DNA of 64,000 nucleotides from Anthoceros angustus (taxonomy: Eukaryota > Plantae > Anthocerotophyta). The stretch is from positions 1-64,000 of the forward strand of contig MU008200.1 in assembly GCA_010909165.1 (NCBI GenBank), in the 5' to 3' direction. The position numbers were made by a program, and so were the translations under genes. A model generated the notes under the pieces. The model saw only the letters and a list, made by a program, of their open reading frames with translations, had not been told where the DNA came from and searched no databases. Of the stretch, positions 22,460-34,239 are shown piece by piece; positions within the stretch are counted from its first letter, which is position 1; each line of letters begins with the position of its first letter.

Positions 22460-23010
22460 CGATGGCCAGGACCTCCTGGCCGGTCTGCCTGGGGGCTCGG
22501 GAAGCTGTCATCTGAGCCCGTAAGTGAGGGAAGTGATTGCAAAAGGTTGCGGGTTCCCAGGTCGCAGTACTGTCGGGTTCGTCTGTCCAGGCCACGAGGA
22601 AGTCTGTCACACAGCGAGAGCGGAGCTGGCGGTCGCGGCGCTGGAGAATACGATGGGGCTGGTGAGGGCCAAAACTGGGCGGCTGGGCTAGGGTTTCCGA
22701 ACAGGAGTCAGCTCGGAGCAGGAAGTGGCTGTGGTGGGCATCGCAGGAGCCGCCCGAGCCGGGCTGGAAGAAGTGTGTGGTCCTGGTAGGGTTGTGGCGG
22801 CGGGTGGCGGGCGGGAGATCACTAGCTTGAGCATGGAGAGAAACGCCCCGAGAGACGCAGTAGCCGGGAGGTCAAGCGGCTCGGGTTGATCTCGCTCGAC
22901 ATCGTGGAAGGGTCCGGTCACGGTGAGGATAGCTTGTCCTTGATTGGATTAGAGCTGGGTAGCGGTGAGGTTTCACGCGAAGCCACACACGACGCCAGGT
23001 GATCACCACG
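22460..23010 (-). pseudogene. Integrase C-terminus with chromodomain (frameshifted)
   Basis: VWL-RVKPHRYPALI...SMLKLV; ILQRRDRQLR...VTDFLVAWTDEPDSTATWEPATFCNHFPHLRAQ. Confidence 0.8.
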
Positions 23011-23269
23011 TCATTTCAAGTCCGATCCACAAGGGGTGTGAACAAAAGCGGAAGGCGTGACGGCGAGGGACTTCAAGAAGAAGACAACGGGAAATTTTCT
23101 AAGAAGGCCCAATAGATGTGGAGTGTAGGTGTTGTTTGTTGACTTGCAACTAGAGTTGGAGTGTAGATGTCAATTTTGAAAGACTGTCCCTTGAAAAAAA
23201 TGCCAAGCCTAAAACACCTAAGGACTAGACTGGTGGATCTAGCCCATGAAAGGTTACACACATATGTGT

Positions 23270-24140
23270 ATGTAGTGAATTGGAGGATGCACGCCAAGCC
23301 TAAGGTTTTGACAGTTGATTTAGCTGATTGTTGAAAGAGGATTGCTGGATGTTGAGTGGTCAGGACCTACCTGGTAGACATGTATGTGTCTATGATGAAT
23401 CGGAAGACGACGGCCTAGGTGTTTCTGTGCACTAATCGATTGTTGAACGAGGACTGGTGGATGAGGTAGTTGTCGGGACTTGCTTGGTAGGCAAGTTCAT
23501 GGATAAAATTGGCATGTGAAGTTTTAGGGGTTGCTAAGTACAGAGTGGTATCCAGATGCTCAATTCACAATGAATTTATCAGGTATCTCTCCTTCGTTGT
23601 GGGACGAGATAGCTGAGATTGTGCAGGACGCTCGTCGAAGATCGACCGACTCTGGGACTCCCATCTCCTGTATGCCGAGAAGTTCACCAATATTCTACTC
23701 CCATTGCAGCCAAGGTGCCCACCGTACCTCCATACTGCTTTTTATTTCCTTTGGCTCTTGTTACGCTGCAATTCTATGGTGCTGATGCTCTGCAATTCTA
23801 TGGTCGATGCTGCAATTCTATCGATGCTGCAATTCTATGGTCGATGCTGCAATTCTATGGTCTCGCAATTCTTGTTATGCTCCGATGGCAACATAGCGGG
23901 TGTAATTCGAGTTACATCTTTGGTAGGGCGTGAAGAGATAGAAGCGCAAGGCACTTAGGCTATTGTTGAGAGGGCCTCGTGCTTGTCCCGCTCTTGTTGC
24001 CCGAATTTAGAAGCGATGAGTACCGTGTGAGCATTGGTGTAGGGATGTGGATGATGCCCGATGGAGACTTTGCTTTTGCAACCGGATGCACTCAATGATT
24101 GTTGAAAGAGGACTGGATGAAATGTTTGTCCCAGTGATTT
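23270..24140 (+). pseudogene. PLS-type PPR fragments inside the retroelement, antisense to it
   Basis: CSELEDARQA (~23272-23301), IVERGLLDVEWSG..LVDMY (~23327-23385), IVERGLVDEVVVGTCLV (~23438-23490), RMHSMIVERGLDE (~24083-24120). Confidence 0.65.
23765..23871. repeat. ~20-bp tandem repeat containing CTGCAATTCTAT, about 5 copies
   Basis: Directly visible. Confidence 0.9.
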
Positions 24141-24312
24141 TGATGCTATCAAGTATCTATACCTCCTGCTAAAATTTGTATTCGTTTGGCTTGAAATTTT
24201 GCAACTTTGTAATAATGGATCAAGGATTTTGCTCTTGGAGAAGGTTGAGGAATCTAGCTAAGGCTTTGGGGCACACATTTTGGTGGAAGGTGTGCTCTAG
24301 ACCCGACTTTTC

Positions 24313-24460
24313 TTTACCATTTTGGTGGGGCTGCTTGTGGCGTGTCAAGTTCTTTACCATTTTGGTGGGCTTGTGGTGCATCAAGTTGTTTACCATTTTG
24401 GTGTGCTTGTGGTGTGTCAAGTTCTTTACCATTTTGGTGGGCTGCTTGTGGTGTGTCAAG
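24313..24460. repeat. 36-40-bp tandem repeat (TTTACCATTTTGGTG...CTTGTGG.GT.TCAAG), 4 copies
   Basis: Unit starts at 24313, 24353, 24389 and 24425. Confidence 0.9.
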
Positions 24461-25049
24461 TCCGGTGTCATGTAAGCTAATCTCGCTTTGGCTCTATTGG
24501 ATTTTTGACTTGCATCTTATATTCCTCTTCACATGCATGCATGTTGTCTGACCCGCACATATGATGGCCTTCAAATCCAGGAGAATATCTAGTAGGAGGA
24601 TCATCACAACCTTCAAGTGCAAGCGATTCTATGCACCGCCTTGTAAAGATCGCGAACTTACAAGGCGTCGGATTATGTTACAATATATATTGCCTTCATT
24701 TATCCTAATTTTAAGATATTATGTATGCATTATTTTATGTAAATCTGGTCCCTAATTAGGGGCCAAATTTAGTTAAAATAATATGTATATATACTGCCCA
24801 AAAATTAGGATTTAAATGGAATGGATATAATGTAATTACATTATTAAATTCATAGATTTATAATCTTAATTAGATACCTATTTATTTTAATTCAATAATT
24901 ATTTTGTCAATATTATCATATATTGTATAAAGACTCGTATATTGTATGATATACGTGTATAATTTGATCTTCGTATATGATACCATATAGTATACCTTAT
25001 GTCCATACCCGTATGTATGAAAAAGAGATGTATACTATTTTATAGAATA

Positions 25050-25716
25050 CATATATATTTTAATGTATAAACAACGTTGTAAATCATTGAGACGTGAATT
25101 TTCCAAGTTGTAATCTACCTTGTAGATTCTGTTGTAAAACTAGCGATTCGTGAATTTTTGAGGTTGTAAATGAGGTTGTAAATGAGGTTGTAAATGAGGT
25201 TGTAAATGAGGTTGTAAATGAGGTTGTAAATGAGGTTGTAAATGAGGTTGTAAATGAGGTTGTAAATGAGGTTGCAAATCAGGTTGTAAACGACGTTGTA
25301 AATGATGTTGTAAAGTAAGGGTGTTTGAAGGTTGTAAACGAGGTTGTAACGTATATTGTAAAATACGTTGTAAATAGACCCACTTTACAACCTAGTTAAG
25401 CTGTCAGACTACAACCTCCTAATAACAACCTATTTTACAACCTAGATTACAAGGCAACCACGCTAAATGGCGTTGTCATTTAGGTTGTAAACGAACGTTG
25501 TAAATGACGTAAATGGCTACCCGGACACCTTACCCGTCCGGTTAGGTGACGTGGCGGCCACGTCGCAACTTGATGACGTGGCAACCTTGCACCACGCCGT
25601 CAGATTTTTACAACCTAGTTGTCGCCGCCATAAACGTAAAATGCCCGTTTTTACAACGTGAGGTTGTAAATTACGTTGTAAAATGCGTTGTAAAACACCT
25701 GCGATTCTTGTAGTGT
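25050..25716 (-). mobile_element. CACTA-type terminus and subterminal repeat region inserted into the integrase
   Basis: CACTACAAGAATC on the minus strand at 25716 interrupts the integrase right after HRRAVT; dense GTTGTAAA/TTTACAAC motifs; no opposite terminus found. Confidence 0.75.
25160..25315. repeat. 12-bp tandem array (GAGGTTGTAAAT), 9 perfect plus 4 imperfect copies
   Basis: Directly counted. Confidence 0.95.
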
Positions 25717-26560
25717 GACTGCCCGGCGGTGTTTGTTGGCTGATTTGTAGGATTTGTCCCGGGCAGCGAGGAGTTTCTCCTTCGCCAACTTGACCTCATG
25801 CCAGATATCCTCCGCAACCTCAGCTGCACTGCGCCACTTCTCCTGGCTGCTGGGCCACAAGCCTGGTGGTGGCGGAGTTTCTCCATAGAGGAGCTTGAAC
25901 GAGGCCACCCCTGTAGCCGCATGCTTCGACGAGTTGTAGGCATACTCCAGCACAGGGAGGAGTTCTTCCCACCTAGTCTGTTTCTCATGAGTGAAGTGAC
26001 GAAGCATGTCTTCTAGGACCTGGATCTGTTTCTCAATTTGCCCGTCTGTTTCTGGATGATATGCTGACGACATGTTTTGCTTGATGCCCAGGGTTTCCAT
26101 GAATGTCCTCCAGAACCCTGAGGTGAACTTAGCATCCCGGTCAGAGACGATGTCTTCTGGGGCGCCATGCAACCTGAAGATCTCCCGGACGAATACTCCA
26201 GCTAGCTTGGATGCTGTGATGGTGGAGGTCACAGGAACAAAATGGCAGACCTTGGAGAACTTGTCAGTGACCACCCAGATACTGTCCTTTCCAGAACGGG
26301 TACGTGGCAGGTGAGTGATGAAGTCCATGGCAATTGACCTGAATCGTCCACTTGGAATTTGTAGGGCAGTGCACTGGCGTCTTGATGGTGGGCTTGGCTT
26401 GTCGCGTGGATCGGGTGAGCGCACCCATTCGATCGATCATGATCTCTTCCCAATGGAAGTGCTCCTTGACTTTGGCATATGTCTTGTCAATGCCCAGGTG
26501 ACCCGAAATGGGTGAATCATGCATGCGGGATGGCTGCTTTCACCTCGTAGCCGTGTGAAG
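25717..26560 (-). pseudogene. Gypsy integrase (zinc finger and core), truncated by the CACTA end
   Basis: HDSPISGHLG; IAMDFITHLP, IVSDRD, SAYHPETDGQ, YNSSKH motifs; frameshifts. Confidence 0.9.
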
Positions 26561-26696
26561 GGATGACTAGTCTCCCCTTTCGATACACACAAGCGTCCTG
26601 GAGGGAATACACTGGTAAGGCTGGGACCCTGTTTGTGCATCACAATAGTCGATAGCAGTAACAAGATCGGGTCACGGGAATTTCATCCCTGACTAA

Positions 26697-28560
26697 CTAG
26701 ATTGTTTGGGACTGCGTTCTCATGAGGGTGCAGGCACGCCGACTCAAGGCATCTGCAACCACATTAGTTGAGCCTGACACATACTGTATCTCCAGGTGGT
26801 AGTCTGCCAGAGTTTCAGCCCATCGTCGCTGTCTAGCATTCAAGTTGGGCTGAGAGAAGAAATGCTGCAAGGAGTGGTGATCTGTGTGGCACACCACTTT
26901 CTGTCCCAGGAGGTAATGTCGCCATACTTTCAGGGCATGTGTAATGGCCAGCATTTCCTTATCATGTACTGGATAGTTTAGCTGTGCTCCTTGCAACTTC
27001 CTGCTTTCGTAGGCGATTGCCCTATCTTGCTGGGACAAAACTGCCCCTATGGCATAGTCTGACGCATCTGTATGGATGGTGTATGGCATGTGAGGATCTG
27101 CCACGGCCAGTACTGGAGCCGAGCCAAGGGCCTGCTTCAACTACTCAAAAGCTGCGACGGCCTCGGCTCCTAGCTGGATGGGCTTGTTTGTGGAATGCCT
27201 AAGGGCATCCGCTGTACGCTGATCCAATCCTTGATAAAGCGTAGAAGCCGGCCATACCTGTGAACCCTCGAGTGGGTTATGTCCCGTGGTATGGGGCCCA
27301 TCATCCTACCGACCACGTGTGTCAACCTGGATGCCCTCTACACTGATCACATGGCCCAGGTATTCACATCTTTCTCTCATGAAGACGCACTTGCTTCTCT
27401 TGGCTAACAGTTTGTTGGCCCGCAGCAAGTCCAAAGACTGGCCCCAACTAGAGATGTTTTGTGGTCAGGGGTGTAGATGAGAATGTCATCTAGGAAGACT
27501 TCAACGCCATGTCCCAGCAAGGGCCGCAGCACGTCCTGCATGAGACACTGGAAGGTGGCAGGAGCATTGGTAAGACCAAACGGCATTACCCTGAATTCAA
27601 AATGTCCATGTCGAGTTCGGAAGGCTGTCTTGTGTTCATCTCCTGACCTAATTCGGATCTGGTGGAAACCAGATCTGAGACCAATCTTGGTGAACAGCTT
27701 GGCTCCATGCAGCTGGTCGAGGATCTCGTCAATCCTTGGCATCTGGTAGACATTCCTCACGGTGGCTCGATTGAGCCCTCGATAATCTATGCACGCCATC
27801 CTCCATCCTTGGCACGACTAAGAGGACTGAGCACCAAAGGGGACAGAGGTTGTACAAAACCTTTTGTAAGAACTCATCGACTGCTTGATCTCCTCGTTTC
27901 CATTGTGGATGTCTCAGAAAGGATACTAACTTTGTGGCACGGTAGCACTCAATGGCATGGTCCACGGGTCTTTGAGGGGGGAGCTCCGTGGGATCAGCAA
28001 ACACGTCCTGGTACTCCCGAAGCAGGTCCTTCATAGACTTTGGTAACTGGTCCTCGTGGGCCTTGGCTTCTGCAGCCCTTGACTCCGCAGTGCCTTCTAA
28101 GGGAAGCACCTTCTTGAGCTTTGCTATGTACAAAAATCTGCCCATGGCAGTTGCTTTATTGAAAGCGCAGACAGCAAACAGTTGCTTGTCAGGGAGGTAT
28201 TGCTCCCCCTGCATGACGTAGGTCTGGTGGTCCTGCAGGAGATGGACGATGTTCTTCTTCCAGTCTACCTCCAGCTGATCCGAGTGAGTGGCTAACCAAG
28301 GCTTGCCTATGATCAGGTCATGGCAGAGCGAGGGCATCACGGTCAGCTTGAGAACCTCCTTGAACCCACCTGGGAAGGTAAGCTCTGCTTCCGTCCACTG
28401 TTCTCTACTTGTCTCCTTCTCGCCTAGGGGTCATGATCGTGGAGACCGACTGTCCTTGATCGAGCCAGCTCTTTCTACCGCTTTGACACATAATGATGAT
28501 CGCCCGAGTCAAGCAACCTGCGGCCGACCTAATGACACCTCAAGTTTGATAGGTATGTGA
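26697..28560 (-). pseudogene. Gypsy protease - reverse transcriptase - RNase H, frameshifted
   Basis: LLDSG protease motif near 28510; [36 protein letters not shown] (RT); TDASDYAIGAVL, DKEMLAI, VADALSR (RNase H). Confidence 0.92.
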
Positions 28561-28638
28561 GCTAGCTGGCATGCAGCAACCGATCCGGGTTTACATGCAG
28601 GATCAAGGATGGCAGCAGCTAGAGCGGGTTCACTAACC

Positions 28639-29440
28639 TCAGTGAGGGTTATGGCGTGTCCGTTCTTGATAGGCCGGGAGGCGCCGCTCAGTGGACTTGC
28701 TGTCTCCTTGACTTATGAAGTCCCTCCTGAAAGGGCAGGATTTCGAGCCATGACCGGACGCTGAGCAGGTAAAGCATTTCCTGGCCTTCTTGTAGTCCTC
28801 CTTCTCTTCCTCCGTGAGGATTCTGAAGGTTGGCTTCTTCTCCGTGGCGTTGGCAAACTTGCTCCACTTGGGCTTGGGAGGGACTGTTGAGGAGAGATGT
28901 TTGTACTTGTTGGTGCCATAGTTGATGGCCGCCTTCATGGCCTCCACCAGGGTTGTGGGATTCGTCTGGTTTACGTCTGCCCTCATCTCGAACTTCAACC
29001 CATCTATGAACTTCTCGATTTTCTGCTCCTCATCCAACCTGGGCATGTCAAGTGTAAGTTGTAAGAACTTGTCACAGTACTCTTGAATTGTGCCTTGTTG
29101 GAAAATCTTCCTGAACTGCTGATACAGGTCCTTGCGGTGGTTCACTGGCAGGAACTGTTCCAGGAAGATCTGTCGGAAGGCTGGCCAAGAGTAGACTGGG
29201 GACTCCATGCCGAGGTCGACTTGCTTCTCCCGCTAGCGCCACCATCGGTAAGCATACCCCTCCAGTGACATGACGCAGAACTGGATCTTCTGCAAATCAT
29301 CTTTGTCAGAAGCAGCAAGATACTTGTCAATCTTGTCTAACCAGTCGTGGACGCTCTGGGCATCCTTGGCTCCTCCATCGAAGGTAGTTGTCTTGATTTT
29401 TCGGTGGAGCTCCTTGTCCAGCTGGGGCCTAGGTTTGAAC
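28639..29440 (-). pseudogene. Gypsy gag with CCHC zinc knuckle; premature stops upstream
   Basis: WLDKIDKYL...AYRWW, WPAFRQIFLEQFLP, QQGTIQEY, FIDGLK, CFTCSASGHGSKSC. Confidence 0.85.
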
Positions 29441-29486
29441 TAGTATTCCTCACCTTCTTGGGCTTCGCTGTGTGACTTTCCCCGTT

Positions 29487-31215
29487 GGTTCTCCCAGTGC
29501 TCGTACCTCATCAACTGCAGGCGCCTGACCATGGCCTTGAGATCTTTGTTGTCCTTCTCCCCAGGTAAGAGTTCCACGACCAGCCTTTTCAGTTCTTCGT
29601 CTATTGTGCTCAAGTCACGTTCGCTAGGAATTGTTGGCGTGGCCTCGGCCTTCCTACCCTCCGGCCCCGACCTGTGGGTGCCAAGGGGTCGAATGGTGCG
29701 TGACCTCCGACTGTGGGCCTGGATGTCTTGTGGCGGTGAGGGAGGTAAAGGCCACAGGGGTGATGATCGCTCGATCCGGAGCACACCTCCACCTGCCTTT
29801 CCAACGCGCATGCCCTCCCCACTTGGGCTTCGAGCTTGATGGATTCCTCGACCTTTCCGAGTTGCTGGCGATGGCCGGAGAGGGAGTTGCGCAACTCCTC
29901 ACAGGTGAGTTCTACCCGTGGGTTCTTCCTCCACCGCCGCAGAGCCGATTCTCGCTAACTCCTCCTCCGGGTCCCGCCTCCGTGGACGCAGTGGTTGGGG
30001 CCCGCCAGCCGATTCCACCTGCTTCGGTCGCCTCGCCATTCTGTGTTCGGAGCAAGATTTCCAGTGTGCTTGCGTTCATCCGATTGCCCTACCATCGGCG
30101 GAACTTCCGCCTCCAGGGCTTGGAGAAGTTGCAAGAGTTCCGCTGCCTCGCCTTCCGCCTCCGTGGGCTCTCGACTCGCGCTGCGTGGAAGTGAGGCGCC
30201 CATCCGGAATTCGGAAGGGTAGCGCCTGCGGACCCGATCTCCGATTCCTCGTGCTCCTCCTCGCCCACCGGAAATCACGGCCCACCTCGGCCAAGAGGTA
30301 ATCGCTCATCCGGCCGTATGCGTGATTTTCTCCTGGTTCTCCCAAAGGCTCGCACTCATCAACCGCAGCGCCTCGACCATGGCCTTGAGATCTTTGTTGT
30401 CCTTCTCTGTGGTAAGAGTTCCACGACCAGCCTTTTCGCCTTCGTCTATTGTGCTCAAGTCACGTTCGCTAGGAATTGTTGGCGTGGCCTCGCTTCCTTC
30501 CTACCTCAAGCTGACCCGGGGTGCCAAGGGGTCGAATGGTGCGTGACCTCCGACTGTGGGCTGGATGTCTTGTGGCGGGGTGAGGGAGGTAAAGGCCACA
30601 GGGGATGATGGCCGCCCCACGGAGCACACCCTCCACCTGCCTTTCCGATCGCGCATGCCCTCCCCACTTGGGCTTCGAGCTTGATGGATTCCTCGACCTT
30701 CCGAGTTCTTTGGCGATGGCGAGAGGAGTTGCGCAACTCCTCACGAGTGAGTTCTACCCGTGGGTTCTTCCCTCCACTGTCAGCCGATTCTCCGCTAACT
30801 CCTCCTCCGGGTCCGGCCTCCGGTGGGCAGGTGGTTGGGGCCCGCCAGCCGATTCCACCCGTTCCGGTCGCCCTCCGTTCGAGTTGGGCGATTACTCGGC
30901 GGCGGGCTTGCGGTTCCGGTCCGATTGCCCCTACCATCGGCGGAACTTCCGCCTCCAGCTGGGCTTGGAGAAGTTGCAAGAGTTCCCGGCGTCGTCTCCT
31001 CGCCCCTTCCGTCTCCGTGGGCTCCTCGACTCGCGCCTGCGTGGAAGTGAGGCGCCCATCCTGGGAATTTCGGGAAGGGTAGCGCGCCCGTTGGCGGACC
31101 CGATCTCCGATTCCCTCAAGTGGGTGCTCCTCCTCGCTTCCACTGGAAATCTGCCGGTCCACCTCTGAAGCCAAGAGGTAATCGCTCATGCTGCTGGCTG
31201 GTCTGTGCGTGATTT
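29487..31215. repeat. ~0.85-kb tandem duplication in the leader / gag N-terminal region
   Basis: CCATGGCCTTGAGATCTTTGTTGTCCTTCTC at 29529 and ~30377; GCCAAGAGGTAATCGCTCAT at ~30291 and ~31170; copies differ by many small indels. Confidence 0.9.
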
Positions 31216-31539
31216 TCAGGTGTCCTATCCTTTGGGGACGTCGCTAACCACCTGATTGGGCGTTGTCTCAGGTTTCCTCAACCGCTGACGTCTCCGATCC
31301 TGCCCAGCACGGTTGGTCAGCCACGCCCGTGGACGCGCTTGCCTCCCTGCACACAATTAGCCGGGCCGCCGGCCTGATTGCTTCTTGGCGACCCGATCTT
31401 GATCGGGATTGGTCCTCTCACGCCGCTCTCACAGATCGTGGGAGCCCTTCCGTTATGAGCCTAGCCTCGGCGGTCCACGATCCGCATCCGGTCCGGTGCA
31501 GGGCACAGGAATCGTTGGATGCTGGCTCGATACCATAGA

Positions 31540-31944
31540 TGCTACGACCGTACAAGCTAGCTTAGTGGAGATAGGACGTTTTTCATTGCTACGAATTCAG
31601 ATACATATACAGGAGACGGGGACAGACCAAGAAGTTGGTGTCCCCTGTCCAACAACCTGGGTTGTTGGGCCGTTAGCTGTCCGTTGAAGTTAAAGTTAGT
31701 TCCTAAACTAGACACTTATCCCTGTCTAGTTACTTGTTAATCTAGGTTTAGAATTATCTAATAACGTTTCGTCTAACGGCTATCTAATTACGTTTTATCT
31801 AACAGCCATCTTCTACCTGGCTATCTGTCATGTTACAAAGTTGCTCTAAATTACTTCTGGCTTTCATTGTCTCGTCTTATGGTCGGAGGCGGCTTCGTTC
31901 CCGGTGGCTTCACACGTGGACTGGCCATTGTTGCGCGTGTGTCA
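31540..31944 (-). repeat. 5' LTR (405 bp)
   Basis: TG...CA, 4 nt from the PBS, followed by the TSD GCCTT. Confidence 0.95.
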
Positions 31945-32222
31945 GCCTTGTTGGTAGGCTTTCCAATCAAACTATGGCAAATGGCTATTACAGGGTAAAA
32001 TGGCTAGATTCAATCTTATAGACTTTTGGAAAATTCCTTTACCAAATTAGGATCAAATTTCAAATACTAAGATTATTTTACCAAATTAGGATCAAATTCA
32101 AATACGAAGTATATCTATCATCAATGTCTTTTAACCGCTTTCCCACACACACTGCTTGGCATAAAATTGCAATATCTTCAAAATCCTGCACAACAAAATT
32201 AAAACTGAAAAAAAGATGGAAA

Positions 32223-32652
32223 TTAAAAAAAATAATTGTGCATATTTAAAACTTGCAAAAGACTCACCTTAGTATAACATGACGCTATGGAATCGTCAAG
32301 AGCTTTGATTGCTACCCTTGCCACCATCGGTGAGGAACGATCATGCAAAAGCGCTTGGCCCAGGCCATTTTGTACCCTTTTTTTGATAGAGAACCTTGAA
32401 TTGATTACAAAGACTCTTGATTGTACTTGGCTCCTTAGAATCCAGCAACTTGTATAATGCGTCATGCTGCTTAGAACTTAAGCTTTGCTGCTTAAGCTCT
32501 ATTTCAAGAGCATCTCCAACAAGCGACAAGAACGTAGAGAAAAAATCCATCAACCATTTCTTGGCTGCGGGATGTGCATCGTAAACAACAAAGGAGGCAC
32601 ACACGACATTGAAAAACTCTTCCATCCGGGTAATTTTCATACCATGCTGCAC
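32223..32652 (-). pseudogene. Frameshifted ORF of unknown family (MEEFFNVVCASFVVYDAHPAAKKWLMDFF...)
   Basis: Two overlapping minus-strand ORFs (32341-32652 and 32223-32465) that read as one helical protein across a frameshift near 32345; no motif recognised. Confidence 0.3.
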
Positions 32653-32833
32653 ACATAAACAAAAATACTATTACAAATATTTATATCATACATATTGACA
32701 AAACTTTTCACCTTAATAAACTTTGATAAACGTACCTTTTCCATGATTGGATTCTTGAGATACCTAAGGCTTCTGCTTACGTAATTTCAAAATACGCTCT
32801 AGTTCCTGAACAACTGGCAAATATATAGGTCTT

Positions 32834-33313
32834 CTAGAGACAAGACAACAAGCTTTCTTTGAGAATTGGGTAAAGAGCCTCAAATGCTGAGTGCCATGCT
32901 GATGCATAGTACTTATCCACTATATCTTTAAGTACCTTGTCCATGTTACTAAAATGCCTTTCTTTGAGAATCAAGTGAAAAGCCTCAAATGGTGAGTGCC
33001 TTGCTGATGCATCGTACTCAACCAACATACTATCAAGAATCCTATCCATGTACTCAAGCGACATACTATCAAGCAACTTGTCCATGTACTCAAACGATAT
33101 ACTGTCAAGCATCCTACCCATGTCATGGAAACGCCTTTCTTTGGGAATCGGGTGAACATCCTCGAATGCTGAGTGCCCTACTGATTTGTCATACTCAACC
33201 AACATACTTTGAAGTATCTCGTCCAAGTCACTTAACCCATTGTCTAGGGCTTCGTCGTGAACACCAGAGAGTTTTTCGTTGTGAAGAGAGGATTCCATAG
33301 CATTCTCCTCCAT
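32834..33313 (-). CDS. 159-aa orphan ORF with three ~35-aa internal repeats
   Basis: ATG at 33313; repeats of xxLxSMLVEYDxSxxHSxFExxxxIxKE, plus three 11-aa LDS(I/M)x(F/L/V)EY sub-repeats. Confidence 0.5.
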   Translation of the reverse strand: MEENAMESSLHNEKLSGVHDEALDNGLSDLDEILQSMLVEYDKSVGHSAFEDVHPIPKERRFHDMGRMLDSISFEYMDKLLDSMSLEYMDRILDSMLVEYDASARHSPFEAFHLILKERHFSNMDKVLKDIVDKYYASAWHSAFEALYPILKESLLSCL

Positions 33314-33876
33314 ATTACAAAACAAAACAAAGGCTTTATAGAACAAGCGAACAGAATACAAGATCCACAATTAAGTACAAGATCACACACCTAGAACAAA
33401 AGCCCTATAAAGAAGTATAGAGCACTTCCATAGTTCTAATATAGTAACCTACTTCTATGGTAATCATGTACCTTATGGACCTAATATGATAATCGTAATA
33501 TGGTATTGAATAACATACATAATAACCAAGGAGCTACACCACAAAACACAGATAGTATTTTATTATAACATCCTTTCCCAGGAAACTACCTTAGTATATC
33601 CTCTACTTCCACTAAAACCCGCGGCGGGAATCTCGTGTGCGTCCACAGTAACGGAAATGCCCGATCAAGTTCGTATCGAGAATGGTCGTTACGTGCCGGG
33701 AAAGACAACCGCGAGGTCCCGGTCGCACCGAGCCTTGCCCGTTGCCGGCATTCTTTCCGCTTGGGTTGTCCTTTCTGTTTCTTTGTTGTTGGGAGTGGCT
33801 TGCTCTGTGAGTGCTTCTTGATAAAGGGCTTCCAAGAAGTTCAAAGCCCTTCGAGAGAAAGGGCTACCTAGGATCC

Positions 33877-33992
33877 TTTGAAGAAAAAGGGTTCCCGCCT
33901 TTGAAGAAAACGGGCTTCCTGCCGTCGAAGAAAACGGGATTCCTGTCTTTGAAGAAAAGGGGATTCCTGCCTTTGAAGAAAAGGGCTTCCTG
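33877..33992 (+). repeat. 24-bp tandem repeat (CCTTTGAAGAAAAGGGGTTCCTG-like), about 5 copies
   Basis: Translates as PLKKTGFL / PSKKTGFL / SLKKRGFL / PLKKRASW. Confidence 0.85.
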
Positions 33993-34239
33993 GCTTCGAA
34001 GTTCGCAAAATCACCATGGCCATCTTCTCCCCCGGCTCACCATGTACGGGATGAACATGTTTCCTACAAAGCAATCGAGGAACGAGGCGTGTGGCCAGCA
34101 ACACAGCTACACGCTGCAACAATGTGAGAAGTGTTTTGCCTGGTGCAAAATGTGCACATTTGGGAAGCCATGCGTTGCAGAACGGCAAACAGCGATCCTG
34201 CTCATATCATGAGACCAGGGATTTCTATCTGAGGTGCTT

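Larger units (their letters stand above)
22044..31944 (-). mobile_element. Full-length-boundary Ty3/gypsy chromovirus (9.9 kb), coding region disrupted, with internal foreign cargo
   Basis: LTRs 22044-22445 and 31540-31944 (TGCTACGACC...GTGTGTCA on +); TSD GCCTT at 22039-22043 and 31945-31949; PBS TGGTATC-GAGCC at 31535-31524; PPT GTGGGGGAGAA at 22456-22446; gag, protease, RT, RNase H, integrase, chromodomain in gypsy order. Confidence 0.95.

Noticed and set aside
25160-25315. Regular repeat arrays (also 15322-15500, 23765-23871, 24313-24460) as a CRISPR array
   Set aside because: Head-to-tail repeats without unique spacers, no cas genes, eukaryotic transposon context.
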